NCBI GenBank assembly: GCA_041664365.1
Contig: JBAYKW010000001.1
Location: forward strand, 144,862 to 208,861
Source of the DNA: Patescibacteria group bacterium
GTDB taxonomy: Bacteria > Patescibacteriota > Patescibacteriia > UM-FILTER-42-10
Direction of reading: 5' to 3'
DNA length: 64,000 bases
Position 1 is the stretch's first letter. Every line of letters starts with the position of its first letter. Below are positions 46,250-54,971 of this stretch, one piece after another. The notes under the pieces were generated by a model that searched no databases, was not told the origin of the DNA, and saw nothing but the letters and a program-made list of their open reading frames with translations. Made by a program: the position numbers and the translations under genes.

Positions 46250-47671
46250 TTATTCTACCTTAATCGAAGGCCCGGTTGGGTGAATGTCTAGCGATCTTTG
46301 ATTGGTATGGATGATATTATCCCATTTGTAGCCGAAGGAAACAAAAGCATCGCCATTTTTGAACGGTCTTTTCTCGCCGTTGGAGATAACGTAAACTATA
46401 CCTGTCTGATCGGATGTAACTAATTCACCATCCTTGAATTTGACGTAATCTCCCTTGGGATATTTTTCCATATCAGCCTGGTCAACCTGTGTCAGCACTC
46501 TGTTTCGATAGCGGGATTGCAGAATCTCTTTGGACATTATTGGATGGAGGACGCCGTCTTCAATATAGGCAACACCGCCAGTCTCTTTGGATTGGAGCAG
46601 TATGCCCGTTGGAAAAACGGAATCAATTGTAATCGGTTCTCCTTCCGCTATTGAATTAATCTCATTCCAACTGGCAGGGATTACTTCTTCCGGATTGAAT
46701 CCGAGATACGCAAAAACATCCTGAGAAGTCATCCCACGTCTTTCACCGTTGATAATTATATAAACAGTTCCTTTTGGCGATTGGATCAATACATTATCAG
46801 GAAATTTTATCTCAGGCCCGTCTTCATAAGCATCAAGTTCGTTCGGGCTGACGATGATTATTTTGTTCGGGTCATAATTAGCCAGTAAAGTAGTCCTGTT
46901 TCGGAATGGATACTTTTTTCCGTTCTTAATCAGATAAACACCGTTCTGTCCTTCTGCCTGAACAAGTGTCCCGTCCAGATAGTGTCTGACAAACCATTCC
47001 TGGAAAAGTTTGCCAACAAGCGATGTCCCACCCCAGTTTGTAGCACCGCCGCCGTATTTTCCAACCCATGGCGTATAGGTGTATAGGGCAGCAGTTGCCG
47101 CATTTTCAGGAGTAACCGCTATACCTTCTTGCGTTATTTTTGTTATGCCTGGTCCCCAGCCGCTGATAGTTGTACCTGTTGTAGCAATACGGGTTAAATA
47201 TCCTCTAGGGTTACCATATTTATCAAGTTCTTCATTAATAAAAACTTTTGCACCCCAATTAATCTGATTAAAAAATCCTATATATTCCGGATTACATGGT
47301 CGTCCATCCGCGCAGGAATATCCCATAGCATAATCTACTTGTCTCTGAGTAGGATCATTATCATATATCAGGCTTTGTTCCACCTGTAATCTAACTAGTA
47401 AATATTTAGGGCTTATTTGGTAAAAATTAGCGGCATCAAAGATAATTTCTGCCGCGGTTTTAGGAGCCCCACCGACACCTTCTGTCATGTAACCAGCAAG
47501 ATAACTGCCTTTATCTTTCAAAAAATTCTGAATTCTCACTATTGACATAGAATCGTAATCAAGTAATTCCGAATCTGAAAGAATATTATTCCTATTGATT
47601 GAATAAGCCTGTGTAATAGTAGGTAAAACCAGTGAGAAAGCAACTGAAAAAATAGCGATTTTTTTGAGCAT
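46250..47671 (-). CDS. secreted protein with N-terminal domain and four ~55-60-aa C-terminal tandem repeats (possible cell-wall-binding repeats)
   Basis: Signal peptide MLKKIAIFSVAFSLVLPTITQA. Four repeats of the form G.VY.I.NG.(K)RP/G..., for example VYLIKNGKKYPF, VYIIINGERRGM, VAYIEDGVLHPI, VYVISNGEKRPF. Confidence 0.5.
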   Translation of the reverse strand: MLKKIAIFSVAFSLVLPTITQAYSINRNNILSDSELLDYDSMSIVRIQNFLKDKGSYLAGYMTEGVGGAPKTAAEIIFDAANFYQISPKYLLVRLQVEQSLIYDNDPTQRQVDYAMGYSCADGRPCNPEYIGFFNQINWGAKVFINEELDKYGNPRGYLTRIATTGTTISGWGPGITKITQEGIAVTPENAATAALYTYTPWVGKYGGGATNWGGTSLVGKLFQEWFVRHYLDGTLVQAEGQNGVYLIKNGKKYPFRNRTTLLANYDPNKIIIVSPNELDAYEDGPEIKFPDNVLIQSPKGTVYIIINGERRGMTSQDVFAYLGFNPEEVIPASWNEINSIAEGEPITIDSVFPTGILLQSKETGGVAYIEDGVLHPIMSKEILQSRYRNRVLTQVDQADMEKYPKGDYVKFKDGELVTSDQTGIVYVISNGEKRPFKNGDAFVSFGYKWDNIIHTNQRSLDIHPTGPSIKVE

Positions 47672-47754
47672 ATTTTGTATCTATTTTAATATTATTACGA
47701 ATTTAAGTATATCATAAAATGTGATATAATTCAATTGAATAAATATATGAAATT

Positions 47755-48303
47755 ATGAAATATCGTGCATTTTTAGCGATTTATCCTAGCACTGAGATTA
47801 TAAAATTACTGGGCAGGGTACTCGCGGATTTAAAAGGCAGTTCAATTCCCGCGAAGTGGGTTGAGAAGCAGAATCTGCACCTGACTTTGAAATTTTTCGG
47901 CGCGCAAGCTGACGATCGGATATATGATATTGAACAGGTACTGGAGGATGTTTTGTCAGACTTTAATCCCTTTACATTACGATTGAAGGGAGTTTCCATA
48001 TTTCCTGAGGGCAATCCGAAAATTGTCAGTGCTGATCTGGATGTTTCGCAGGAACTTACAAAAATTAAAAGAACGATTGACAGCGAGGTTTCTAATCTGC
48101 CGTTTGTCCAAGGAGACCGGCGTTCTTTCCTGACGCACATTACTCTGGGTAGAATCAGTTCGCAATTGTCGGAAGATCATAGAAAGTTATTGAGCAATAT
48201 TGTACTTGATGACGTGTGGGAAGTAGGCTCCGTGCATCTGATGGAGAGCGATCTCACAGGAGCATCGCCTAATTATTCCGTATTACAATCATATCAATTA
48301 TGA
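47755..48303 (+). CDS. thpR: RNA 2',3'-cyclic phosphodiesterase (2H phosphoesterase, ThpR/LigT)
   Basis: Two HxT/Sx motifs, HLTLKFFG and HITLGRI, at the expected spacing. Confidence 0.75.
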   Translation: MKYRAFLAIYPSTEIIKLLGRVLADLKGSSIPAKWVEKQNLHLTLKFFGAQADDRIYDIEQVLEDVLSDFNPFTLRLKGVSIFPEGNPKIVSADLDVSQELTKIKRTIDSEVSNLPFVQGDRRSFLTHITLGRISSQLSEDHRKLLSNIVLDDVWEVGSVHLMESDLTGASPNYSVLQSYQL

Positions 48304-49064
48304 AACAGGATATATTAGGGGTACAAGTCAGTAGGATTAATATGAAGGAAGCGCTGGATGTTATAGAACAATGCGTAGTTTTTCCGCGCTTGAATTATAT
48401 CGTTACTCCCAACCCGGAATTCATTGTACGCGCACAAAAAGATAAAATATTCCGGGACATTTTGAATAACGCTGTGATTGCGCTTCCAGATGGATTTGGT
48501 CTGATGCTCGCCGCGAAGTTTTTGAAACGCCCGCTTAACCAGCGCATAACTGGAGTTGATTTTATCTGGCATGTTGCTGAGCTTGCCGAGAAAAATGATT
48601 ATTCAATATATTTATACGGCGCTGGAAAAGGCATTGCAAAAAAAACAGCACAGAGATTACAGAAAAGATTTCCACATTTGAAAATTCTGGGTGCGGAAAG
48701 CGGGTATGACAAAGATGGTAAAATGAATGATGCTTTGTTTGTTGAAGACATCCGGTTAAAATCCCCGGATATACTGCTGGTTGCGCTGGGAGCACCAAAA
48801 CAGGAAAAATGGATCGCCGCGCATTTGCCGGATTTTACCGGTGTGAAAGTGGCAATGGGCGTGGGCGGAGCATTCGATTATATTTCCGGCAGTATCAAGC
48901 GAGCGCCAAAACTTATTCGAAAGATTGGACTGGAGTGGCTCTACCGTTTAATTCTTCAGCCATGGCGCATAAAGCGGATTTTTACCGCTACAATTCATTT
49001 TACATATTTAGTTATTAAGGTAAAGATAATGGATTCCCGCCTGCGCGGGAATGACATACAATAA
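48300..49064 (+). CDS. WecB/TagA/CpsF-family glycosyltransferase; its C-terminal 10 codons are read from a palindromic repeat unit
   Basis: ILGVQVSRINMKEALDVIEQ...NYIVTPNPEFIV is typical of the TagA/WecG family. The tail ...MDSRLRGNDIQ* is encoded by repeat unit C1 (ggattcccgcctgcgcgggaatgaca). Confidence 0.7.
   Translation: MKQDILGVQVSRINMKEALDVIEQCVVFPRLNYIVTPNPEFIVRAQKDKIFRDILNNAVIALPDGFGLMLAAKFLKRPLNQRITGVDFIWHVAELAEKNDYSIYLYGAGKGIAKKTAQRLQKRFPHLKILGAESGYDKDGKMNDALFVEDIRLKSPDILLVALGAPKQEKWIAAHLPDFTGVKVAMGVGGAFDYISGSIKRAPKLIRKIGLEWLYRLILQPWRIKRIFTATIHFTYLVIKVKIMDSRLRGNDIQ
49031..49056. repeat. palindromic repeat unit C1 (GGATTCCCGC-ctgc-GCGGGAATGACA)
   Basis: 7-bp perfect stem, read directly. 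Reverse-orientation member of the family GTCATyyyCGG...CCGrrATCCA. Confidence 0.7.
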
Positions 49065-49075
49065 CAATTCAATAG

Positions 49076-49095
49076 TGTCATCTTCGGACTCGACT
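49076..49095. repeat. partial repeat unit A' (TGTCATCTTCGGACTCGAC)
   Basis: Matches the first 15 nt of unit A. Confidence 0.5.
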
Positions 49096-49120
49096 TTAAT
49101 GTAATTACCGCTATCTCTCT

Positions 49121-49153
49121 GTCATTATCGGGCTTGGCCCGGTAATCCAAAAA
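49121..49153. repeat. palindromic repeat unit B1 (GTCATTATCGGGCTTGGCCCGGTAATCCAAAAA)
   Basis: Hairpin CGGGC-ttgg-CCCGG. About 75% identical to unit A. Confidence 0.7.
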
Positions 49154-49160
49154 CAATCAA

Positions 49161-49205
49161 TGGATCCCCGGACCACCTTCTGCGAAGGCGTCCGAGGATG
49201 ACAAT
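49161..49205. repeat. palindromic repeat unit D (GGATCCCCGGACC-loop-GTCCGAGGATGACA) with internal hairpin CCTTC-tgc-GAAGG
   Basis: Same terminal arms as C1 with a longer loop. Confidence 0.6.
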
Positions 49206-49242
49206 ACTGGGGTTTACTGACATGTCAAATACAATTTTTAAT

Positions 49243-49272
49243 GTCATCTTCGGACTTGGTCCGGAGATCCAC
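49243..49272. repeat. palindromic repeat unit A1 (GTCATCTTCGGACTTGGTCCGGAGATCCAC)
   Basis: Exact 30-nt copy recurs at 49645-49674. Hairpin CGGAC-ttg-GTCCG. Confidence 0.8.
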
Positions 49273-49281
49273 GAATAGAAT

Positions 49282-49569
49282 ATGAACCAATACTACGTTT
49301 ACATAATGGCAAGTAAAAAGAATGGAACGCTTTACATAGGCGTTACGAATAATATTATCAGAAGAGTATATGAGCATAAGAATAATGAAGTTGAAGGATT
49401 TTCGAAGAAATATAAAGTGCATAGACTAGTCTATTACGAGCAAACAGAAAATGTGGAGAGTGCATTGAATCGTGAAAAGCAATTAAAAAAGTGGAATAGA
49501 GAGTGGAAAATTAATTTAATACAAAAAGAAAATCCGAATTGGAAAGATTTATATAACGAGCTAATATAA
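49282..49569 (+). CDS. GIY-YIG nuclease-family protein (UPF0213/YhbQ-like)
   Basis: YYVYIMASKKNGTLYIGVTNNIIRRVYEHK contains the GIY...YIG...R...E catalytic motifs. At 95 aa it resembles E. coli YhbQ. Confidence 0.75.
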   Translation: MNQYYVYIMASKKNGTLYIGVTNNIIRRVYEHKNNEVEGFSKKYKVHRLVYYEQTENVESALNREKQLKKWNREWKINLIQKENPNWKDLYNELI

Positions 49570-49575
49570 AGACAT

Positions 49576-49626
49576 GGATTCCCGTTCCCCGATCAAGTCG
49601 AGGACAAGCTTTGCGGGAATGACAAA
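49576..49626. repeat. palindromic repeat unit C2 (GGATTCCCG-long loop-CGGGAATGACA)
   Basis: Same arms as C1 with an expanded loop. Confidence 0.6.
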
Positions 49627-49644
49627 CAATGTAGTATAACAAAT

Positions 49645-49674
49645 GTCATCTTCGGACTTGGTCCGGAGATCCAC
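49645..49674. repeat. palindromic repeat unit A2 (exact copy of A1)
   Basis: gtcatcttcggacttggtccggagatccac is identical to 49243-49272. Confidence 0.8.
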
Positions 49675-49689
49675 AAACAATCTAAAACT

Positions 49690-49722
49690 GTCATTCTCGG
49701 GCTTGACCCGGGAATCCAAAAA
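49690..49722. repeat. palindromic repeat unit B2 (GTCATTCTCGGGCTTGACCCGGGAATCCAAAAA)
   Basis: Differs from B1 at 4 positions. Confidence 0.7.
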
Positions 49723-49748
49723 ATAAATAAAATAAGTAATATAACAGC

Positions 49749-51203
49749 ATGAAAAATAAAGAAGTCAGAGTCCGAATTGCTCCATCACCAACCGGCTCCT
49801 TGCATTTAGGAACGGCGAGGTCCGCTTTGTATAACTATTTATTTGCCAAAAGAGAAGGCGGAACATTTATTCTGCGCATAGAAGATACCGACCTGGAACG
49901 CTCTGAAGAAAGATTCACCAAACAAATTATAGAGGGTTTGGAATGGCTAGGCATAGAGTGGGACGAAGGTCCGACATTAGACGGAAAAGAAAAAGGCAAA
50001 TATGGTCCGTATTTCCAGACCAAACGAACCGCAACTTATGAAAAATATATAAAACAGCTTCTGGATGAAGACAAGGCGTATTATTGCTACTGCACCAAAG
50101 AAGAGCTGGAAGCGGAAAGAAAAGCGATGGGAGAAAAAGGTGAAGCGCCGATCTATAGCGGTAAATGCGCGCATTTATCAAAAGAAGAAAAAGAAGCATT
50201 TGAAAAAGAAGGAAGGAATTCAATCATCCGATATCGTGTGCCGGAAAGTACGATCAAATTCAAAGACATGATCAGGGGCGATATGAGTTTTGAAGCCGGG
50301 CTGATGGGCGATATTGCCGTGGCACGCGATGTTAAAACTCCGCTCTACAATCTGGCAGTCGTGATCGACGACTACATGATGGAGATATCGCACGTGATCC
50401 GTGGAGAGGATCATTTATCCAACACACCAAAGCAGATATTAATGACCGAGGCGCTGGGATTTCCCGTGCCGGAATTTGGGCATCTGCCTTTGATTCTCAA
50501 TGAAGATAAAACCAAACTTTCCAAACGCAAGACCAAGGTAACGATAGATGATTATAAAGAAGAGGGCTATCTGCCGGAAGCAATCTTAAACTTTGTATTA
50601 CTTCTCGGTTGGAACCCGAAAACCGAACAGGAAATGTTTACTCTGCCTGAGATGGTTCATGTATTCAATATCGGCGGTGTGCACAAGGGTGGTGCGGTTT
50701 TCGCCAAGGATAAATTGGACTGGATCAATTCCCAATATCTGCGCAAACTTTCTCCCGACCAATTCCTGGAACTTGCTTTACCATTCTTAGAAAAAGCGGG
50801 GATTAATATTAGCGACAAAGAATATGTGAGGAAAGCAATCGTGTTGGAACAGGAGCGGATTAAAAAACTTTCCGACCTGCCCGAAATGGTGAAATTCTTC
50901 TTCAATGACATTTCCTACGACCCGAAACTTTTGGTCTGGAAAAAATCCGATCCGGAAGTTACAAAAGTAAATTTAAAATTGGCTTTGGAATTCTTTGAAA
51001 GCCTGGATGAAAAAGACTGGTCCGAGGAGAAAATAGAAAATGGATTGATGAAACTGATTGAAGAAAAGGGATTGAAAAACGGTGAAATCCTCTGGCCGAT
51101 CCGCGTGGCTTTGACGGGGGAAGAAAAATCCCCAAGTCCTTTTGAAGTCGCGGGGGTTTTGGGTAAGGAGAGGGTGGTGGAGAGGTTAAATAATGTTGTT
51201 TAA
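49749..51203 (+). CDS. gltX: glutamate--tRNA ligase
   Basis: RVRIAPSPTGSLHLGTARSALYNY (HIGH region), KLSKRK (KMSKS) and a C-terminal anticodon-binding domain. Confidence 0.9.
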   Translation: MKNKEVRVRIAPSPTGSLHLGTARSALYNYLFAKREGGTFILRIEDTDLERSEERFTKQIIEGLEWLGIEWDEGPTLDGKEKGKYGPYFQTKRTATYEKYIKQLLDEDKAYYCYCTKEELEAERKAMGEKGEAPIYSGKCAHLSKEEKEAFEKEGRNSIIRYRVPESTIKFKDMIRGDMSFEAGLMGDIAVARDVKTPLYNLAVVIDDYMMEISHVIRGEDHLSNTPKQILMTEALGFPVPEFGHLPLILNEDKTKLSKRKTKVTIDDYKEEGYLPEAILNFVLLLGWNPKTEQEMFTLPEMVHVFNIGGVHKGGAVFAKDKLDWINSQYLRKLSPDQFLELALPFLEKAGINISDKEYVRKAIVLEQERIKKLSDLPEMVKFFFNDISYDPKLLVWKKSDPEVTKVNLKLALEFFESLDEKDWSEEKIENGLMKLIEEKGLKNGEILWPIRVALTGEEKSPSPFEVAGVLGKERVVERLNNVV

Positions 51204-51220
51204 TTTTTTCAAATGTAAAT

Positions 51221-51817
51221 ATGAAGTTTGAAGTTGAAAAAAGAAGTAAAATAGATGATGCTGAAGAAATAGAAAGAGTTAAGGAATACTTATCTGCACA
51301 CGGAGAGTACCTGGGCTCAAAAATGATGCGCTCTTTTCTATTTCGGAATCCTACATCTCTACGAATTCGTCTGATTGAAGGAAAGGATTCAGCATTGGTT
51401 ACAATAAAGAAAGGTGAATATGCTGATCCGGCGATGGAAGAAGAGGAGTATGAAGTACCATTAACAGAATTAGATGCTTTTATTGAGCAAAAAAAAGTTG
51501 AAGGCTATGAGGCATGTTCAGAAGTAAATACTTTTCGCGAAACATATATTTTAAATGGATTGAAAATTGAGATAAATGATATTGATTCTTTGGGTTTGAT
51601 TATTGAGATAGAGGCATTGACTGAAGATAAAGATGAAATAGATGGTTTAGAAGAACGAATTCGTGAGACAATGCAGGAATTAAATTTGCCGGAACTCGAT
51701 CCATCTGAATATAAATTGATGATGGACGCAATGCAGGACGAAACAAATAGGCCAGTAAGTGAGCAAGTTTTTACAGTTGATTGGGATGAAGATATTAATG
51801 AGAAGAAAATTAAGTAA
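51221..51817 (+). CDS. CYTH-domain protein (triphosphate tunnel metalloenzyme, CyaB/ThTPase-like)
   Basis: N-terminal MKFEVEKRSKI resembles the CYTH ExExK motif. Acidic beta-strand pattern throughout. Confidence 0.45.
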   Translation: MKFEVEKRSKIDDAEEIERVKEYLSAHGEYLGSKMMRSFLFRNPTSLRIRLIEGKDSALVTIKKGEYADPAMEEEEYEVPLTELDAFIEQKKVEGYEACSEVNTFRETYILNGLKIEINDIDSLGLIIEIEALTEDKDEIDGLEERIRETMQELNLPELDPSEYKLMMDAMQDETNRPVSEQVFTVDWDEDINEKKIK

Positions 51818-52374
51818 TGAGTCTAATGAGTAGAACCTGGAAAAAATTGAATTCAAAGATTGTATATAGTAACTCTTGGATAAAAGTCCATGAGGATCAA
51901 GTTTTGAAGCCGGATGGTAAGGAAGGTATCTATGGTTATCTGGAAAAAAACCAAGCTTGCTTTGTGATAGCGCTGGATAATGAAGAAAATATCTATCTGG
52001 TAAAACAGTTCAGATATGCTCTGCAAAAAACAATTCTGGAATTACCGGCCGGTACGGTAAATAATGAAGATATCGCTGATAGAGCAAAAGCGGAACTTTT
52101 GGAAGAAGCAGGAATAGAAGCAAAGGAATGGAAAAGGCTGGGTGGGTTTTACGTAGCACCAGGGCATGAATCTACTTATATTAATGTTTACCTCGCGACG
52201 GATTTAGATTTATCCAAACTATCTACCAGTGGGCAAGATGATGATGAATCAATATTGGAGATAGTTAAAGTAAGTCAGCCAGAATTAAAGAAGATGTTAA
52301 CAGATGGAAAGATTGAATGCGGAATATCGATAGCCGCTTTGAATCTGTTTTTTCTGAGTCATAATAAAAGTTAA
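51817..52374 (+). CDS. Nudix hydrolase (ADP-ribose pyrophosphatase NudF-like)
   Basis: Nudix box AGTVNNEDIADRAKAELLEEAGI. N-terminal substrate-recognition beta-domain. Confidence 0.7.
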   Translation: MSLMSRTWKKLNSKIVYSNSWIKVHEDQVLKPDGKEGIYGYLEKNQACFVIALDNEENIYLVKQFRYALQKTILELPAGTVNNEDIADRAKAELLEEAGIEAKEWKRLGGFYVAPGHESTYINVYLATDLDLSKLSTSGQDDDESILEIVKVSQPELKKMLTDGKIECGISIAALNLFFLSHNKS

Positions 52375-52384
52375 GATTGTGAGT

Positions 52385-52460
52385 ATGAAAAAGATTGAGA
52401 AAAAAGTTTGGCAGGAATATTTTCAGTAAATATTGGATGGTAACAAAAAATTAAAAACTT
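52385..52460 (+). pseudogene. decayed 5' fragment of the DUF3850 gene (intact copy at 53479)
   Basis: atgaaaaagattgagaaaaaagtttggcaggaatattttcagTAAatattggatgg... is ~88% identical to 53479-53550 and translates MKKIEKKVWQEYFQ* with an in-frame stop. Confidence 0.7.
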
Positions 52461-52478
52461 TATTGTTAAATAAATATT

Positions 52479-53420
52479 ATGCTAGAAAAATCAACCCAGG
52501 AGAAAGAGCAAAAACGTATTGTTAAAAAAATTAGCGGTTTTACAATATTAGGAATATTTTTGACTGTAGGTTCCTTGCCGGTTTGGTTTGGTGGTAATAT
52601 GGTAGGATACTTGCTACGTTTTGAAGAGTGGTATGCCTTCAATATTTTTAATTATTTTGCATTTGTCATGCTTCTTGTTGGTGTGTATTTCCTCATCAAG
52701 GCAAACCAAAAAAGCCAACAAAAAAATATACCAACAAATTCTACTAAGTATGCATTTATCGCTGCATCTTTTTGTCTATTGATAATATTCTTAACAATAG
52801 TGTTTCCCAGTTTAAACACAATTATTAAAAAAAACATAACTCCTTTATCAACATTTGTTCTTGATGACGGATCATTTATTAGTGTACGTGAATATAGAGA
52901 ATACTCAAAAAAATTGATTGGCATTTTACCTGGAAATAATTTAAATGAGGATAGAGTTGATGTTGTAAGAGCACGTGTTGTAAACAGCAAATACGAATTT
53001 ATTTGGGAAAATGTATATTTGAGAAAATCAACACAAGGTTTAAGTGTGACGCCAGGTACAGCAATAGAGGGTGCAAACATTATGGAAGAGATTTCTAATA
53101 GAATTCCAAATGTTCTGCATTTGGATAACTATGATGGTAAGACGATTAGGAAATGTTCAGATGGAAGTATTCAAATTGCCTGGGAAAAAACAAGTCGGGA
53201 TAGTTCCCCAATAAATGATGCACATATAGATATTGATACAGGAAAAACTGTTGCATTTCAGAATGTTGCATTTCCACATCTGGAATTTGAGCAACCATTA
53301 TGTGACGAAACTATACCTGAAAGTATATGGCAAGATATGAGTCACTGTCTTGGAAACAGCCAGATCGAAACATTATCTGGCAAAGAGTGTTCCGAGGCTG
53401 TCTTTAAGACTTTGCAATGA
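52479..53420 (+). CDS. hypothetical membrane protein (2-3 N-terminal TM helices plus a soluble domain)
   Basis: 313-aa ORF with N-terminal hydrophobic helices. No recognised motif. Confidence 0.3.
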   Translation: MLEKSTQEKEQKRIVKKISGFTILGIFLTVGSLPVWFGGNMVGYLLRFEEWYAFNIFNYFAFVMLLVGVYFLIKANQKSQQKNIPTNSTKYAFIAASFCLLIIFLTIVFPSLNTIIKKNITPLSTFVLDDGSFISVREYREYSKKLIGILPGNNLNEDRVDVVRARVVNSKYEFIWENVYLRKSTQGLSVTPGTAIEGANIMEEISNRIPNVLHLDNYDGKTIRKCSDGSIQIAWEKTSRDSSPINDAHIDIDTGKTVAFQNVAFPHLEFEQPLCDETIPESIWQDMSHCLGNSQIETLSGKECSEAVFKTLQ

Positions 53421-53478
53421 GAATCATTATTAGTAAATATAGATATTAGTTTATATTAGAGTATATAATACCCAGAAA

Positions 53479-53742
53479 ATGAAAAAAATTGAGAAAAAAG
53501 TTTGGCCGGAATATTTTCAGCAAATACTGGACGGTGACAAGAAATACGAACTTCGTCTTGCTGATTTTGACTGCCAACCCGGTGATGTATTGCTATTAAA
53601 AGAATGGGACAATAAAACCAAAAAATATACCGGCAGGGAAATTGAAAAGGAAGTAACTTCCATTTTGAAAACAAAGGATGTAAAATTTTGGAATGAAGAG
53701 GAAATAGATAAACATGGGTTTCAGATTATTTCTTTTAAGTAA
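53479..53742 (+). CDS. DUF3850 (ASCH/PUA-like) domain protein
   Basis: KVWPEYFQQILDGDKKYELRLADFDCQPGDVLLLKEWD matches the DUF3850 consensus (W.EYF..V..G.K.FE.R.ND..FQVGD.L.L.E). Confidence 0.55.
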   Translation: MKKIEKKVWPEYFQQILDGDKKYELRLADFDCQPGDVLLLKEWDNKTKKYTGREIEKEVTSILKTKDVKFWNEEEIDKHGFQIISFK

Positions 53743-53788
53743 TGTAATAATCACGTTTAAGAAATTAGATTATTAAATAAATAGTTAT

Positions 53789-54286
53789 ATGGAAAAATTC
53801 AGTCTGCCGATTATTTCCGCGATTATTGAGAGGCAAAAAGACGGAGAAACAGAAATATTGGTTCAAACTAGGTGGAAACCGGAAGAAGATCCTGTATATA
53901 CGGGATGTTTGGAAATTCCGGCAGGAAAAATAAGGGAATTTGAAAATGTCTATGATGCTTTAAATAGAGAGGTGAAGGAAGAAACGGGGTTGAAAATAAC
54001 CAGTATTTTTCCAGATATTAAAACAAAAACGCATTCTCCAAAGGATGACGGATCGTTCGCTTTTCAGCCGTTTTGCTGCCAGCAACAAACAAAAGGAGGA
54101 CGACCATGGATCGGTTTCGTTTTTATTTGCAATGTTGAGGATAAGACACCATTAAAGGAGGGGGATAATACAAGAGATATTCGTTGGATAAAAAAATCTG
54201 AATTGAAGAGAATTTTTGAAGAAACACCAGAAAAGATATTTACCCTGCAATTAGGGGTTTTGGATTATTACTTTAATAAAAGTTAG
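53789..54286 (+). CDS. Nudix hydrolase
   Basis: Nudix box AGKIREFENVYDALNREVKEETGL. Confidence 0.65.
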   Translation: MEKFSLPIISAIIERQKDGETEILVQTRWKPEEDPVYTGCLEIPAGKIREFENVYDALNREVKEETGLKITSIFPDIKTKTHSPKDDGSFAFQPFCCQQQTKGGRPWIGFVFICNVEDKTPLKEGDNTRDIRWIKKSELKRIFEETPEKIFTLQLGVLDYYFNKS

Positions 54287-54321
54287 GTATTATTTTGTGA
54301 TTAAAACATTCAAGGCATTAC

Positions 54322-54418
54322 ATGATCAAAATCAGAAAACACTTGCCGAAAGATATTCCGTACCGTGTTTTATGGTTAATTACCACAAGGTAAACAGGTT
54401 CACTGGTGAGGGAGTTTG
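54322..54418 (+). pseudogene. decayed 5' fragment (~100 nt) of the GNAT acetyltransferase gene (intact copy at 56592)
   Basis: atgatcaaaatcagaaaacacttgccgaaagatattccgtaccgtgttttatggtt... is ~88% identical to 56592-56695. It translates MIKIRKHLPKDIPYRVLWL then frameshifts (1-nt deletion) to a stop. Confidence 0.7.
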
Positions 54419-54476
54419 CTTCGAAACCACAATAAAATGATTTTACTAATTATTTAATGATGTGTTCATAGAATTT

Positions 54477-54953
54477 ATGGCATTAATATACGAGTCAATA
54501 AACTATATAGTAGAAGCAGTAGAGAAACCTCATGTGGATAGAAATGATGGTGGTCATATTAAGATATATCCAAAAGTTAGAATCATAGATAGGCAGCAAC
54601 TTTCTCCAAAACTGGCTATTGAATTGATGAGATTGACAATGGTTGTCGGAGAGGCAATGAAGATCGCAATGGCCAAAAGTGGTATTAAAATAATGAGAGT
54701 TAATTATCAGGATATGGGTAATTGGGCTTTTAAAAAAAATGAAAAACCATATTTTCATATCCATATTTATGGGAGAGCAAAAAATGCAAAATTTCAACCA
54801 TTTCAGGAAGCAGTCAAACTGCCTGATAGAGCTTCTGGATTCTATGATAAATTTATTCCCTTAAATCCTGTAGATATCAAGGGCATAAGAGCTGAGATTA
54901 ACAGGCTAATAAAAGAAAATAAATATTCTGAGTCTGATTGGGGAATTCTATAA
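54477..54953 (+). CDS. HIT-like domain protein (histidine-triad-like FHIHIYGR motif)
   Basis: YFHIHIYGRAKN resembles the HIT HxHxH(xx) loop. The ORF-track start at 54462 is a GTG, so the first ATG is used instead. Confidence 0.35.
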   Translation: MALIYESINYIVEAVEKPHVDRNDGGHIKIYPKVRIIDRQQLSPKLAIELMRLTMVVGEAMKIAMAKSGIKIMRVNYQDMGNWAFKKNEKPYFHIHIYGRAKNAKFQPFQEAVKLPDRASGFYDKFIPLNPVDIKGIRAEINRLIKENKYSESDWGIL

Positions 54954-54971
54954 AAAATATATGAATAAAAT

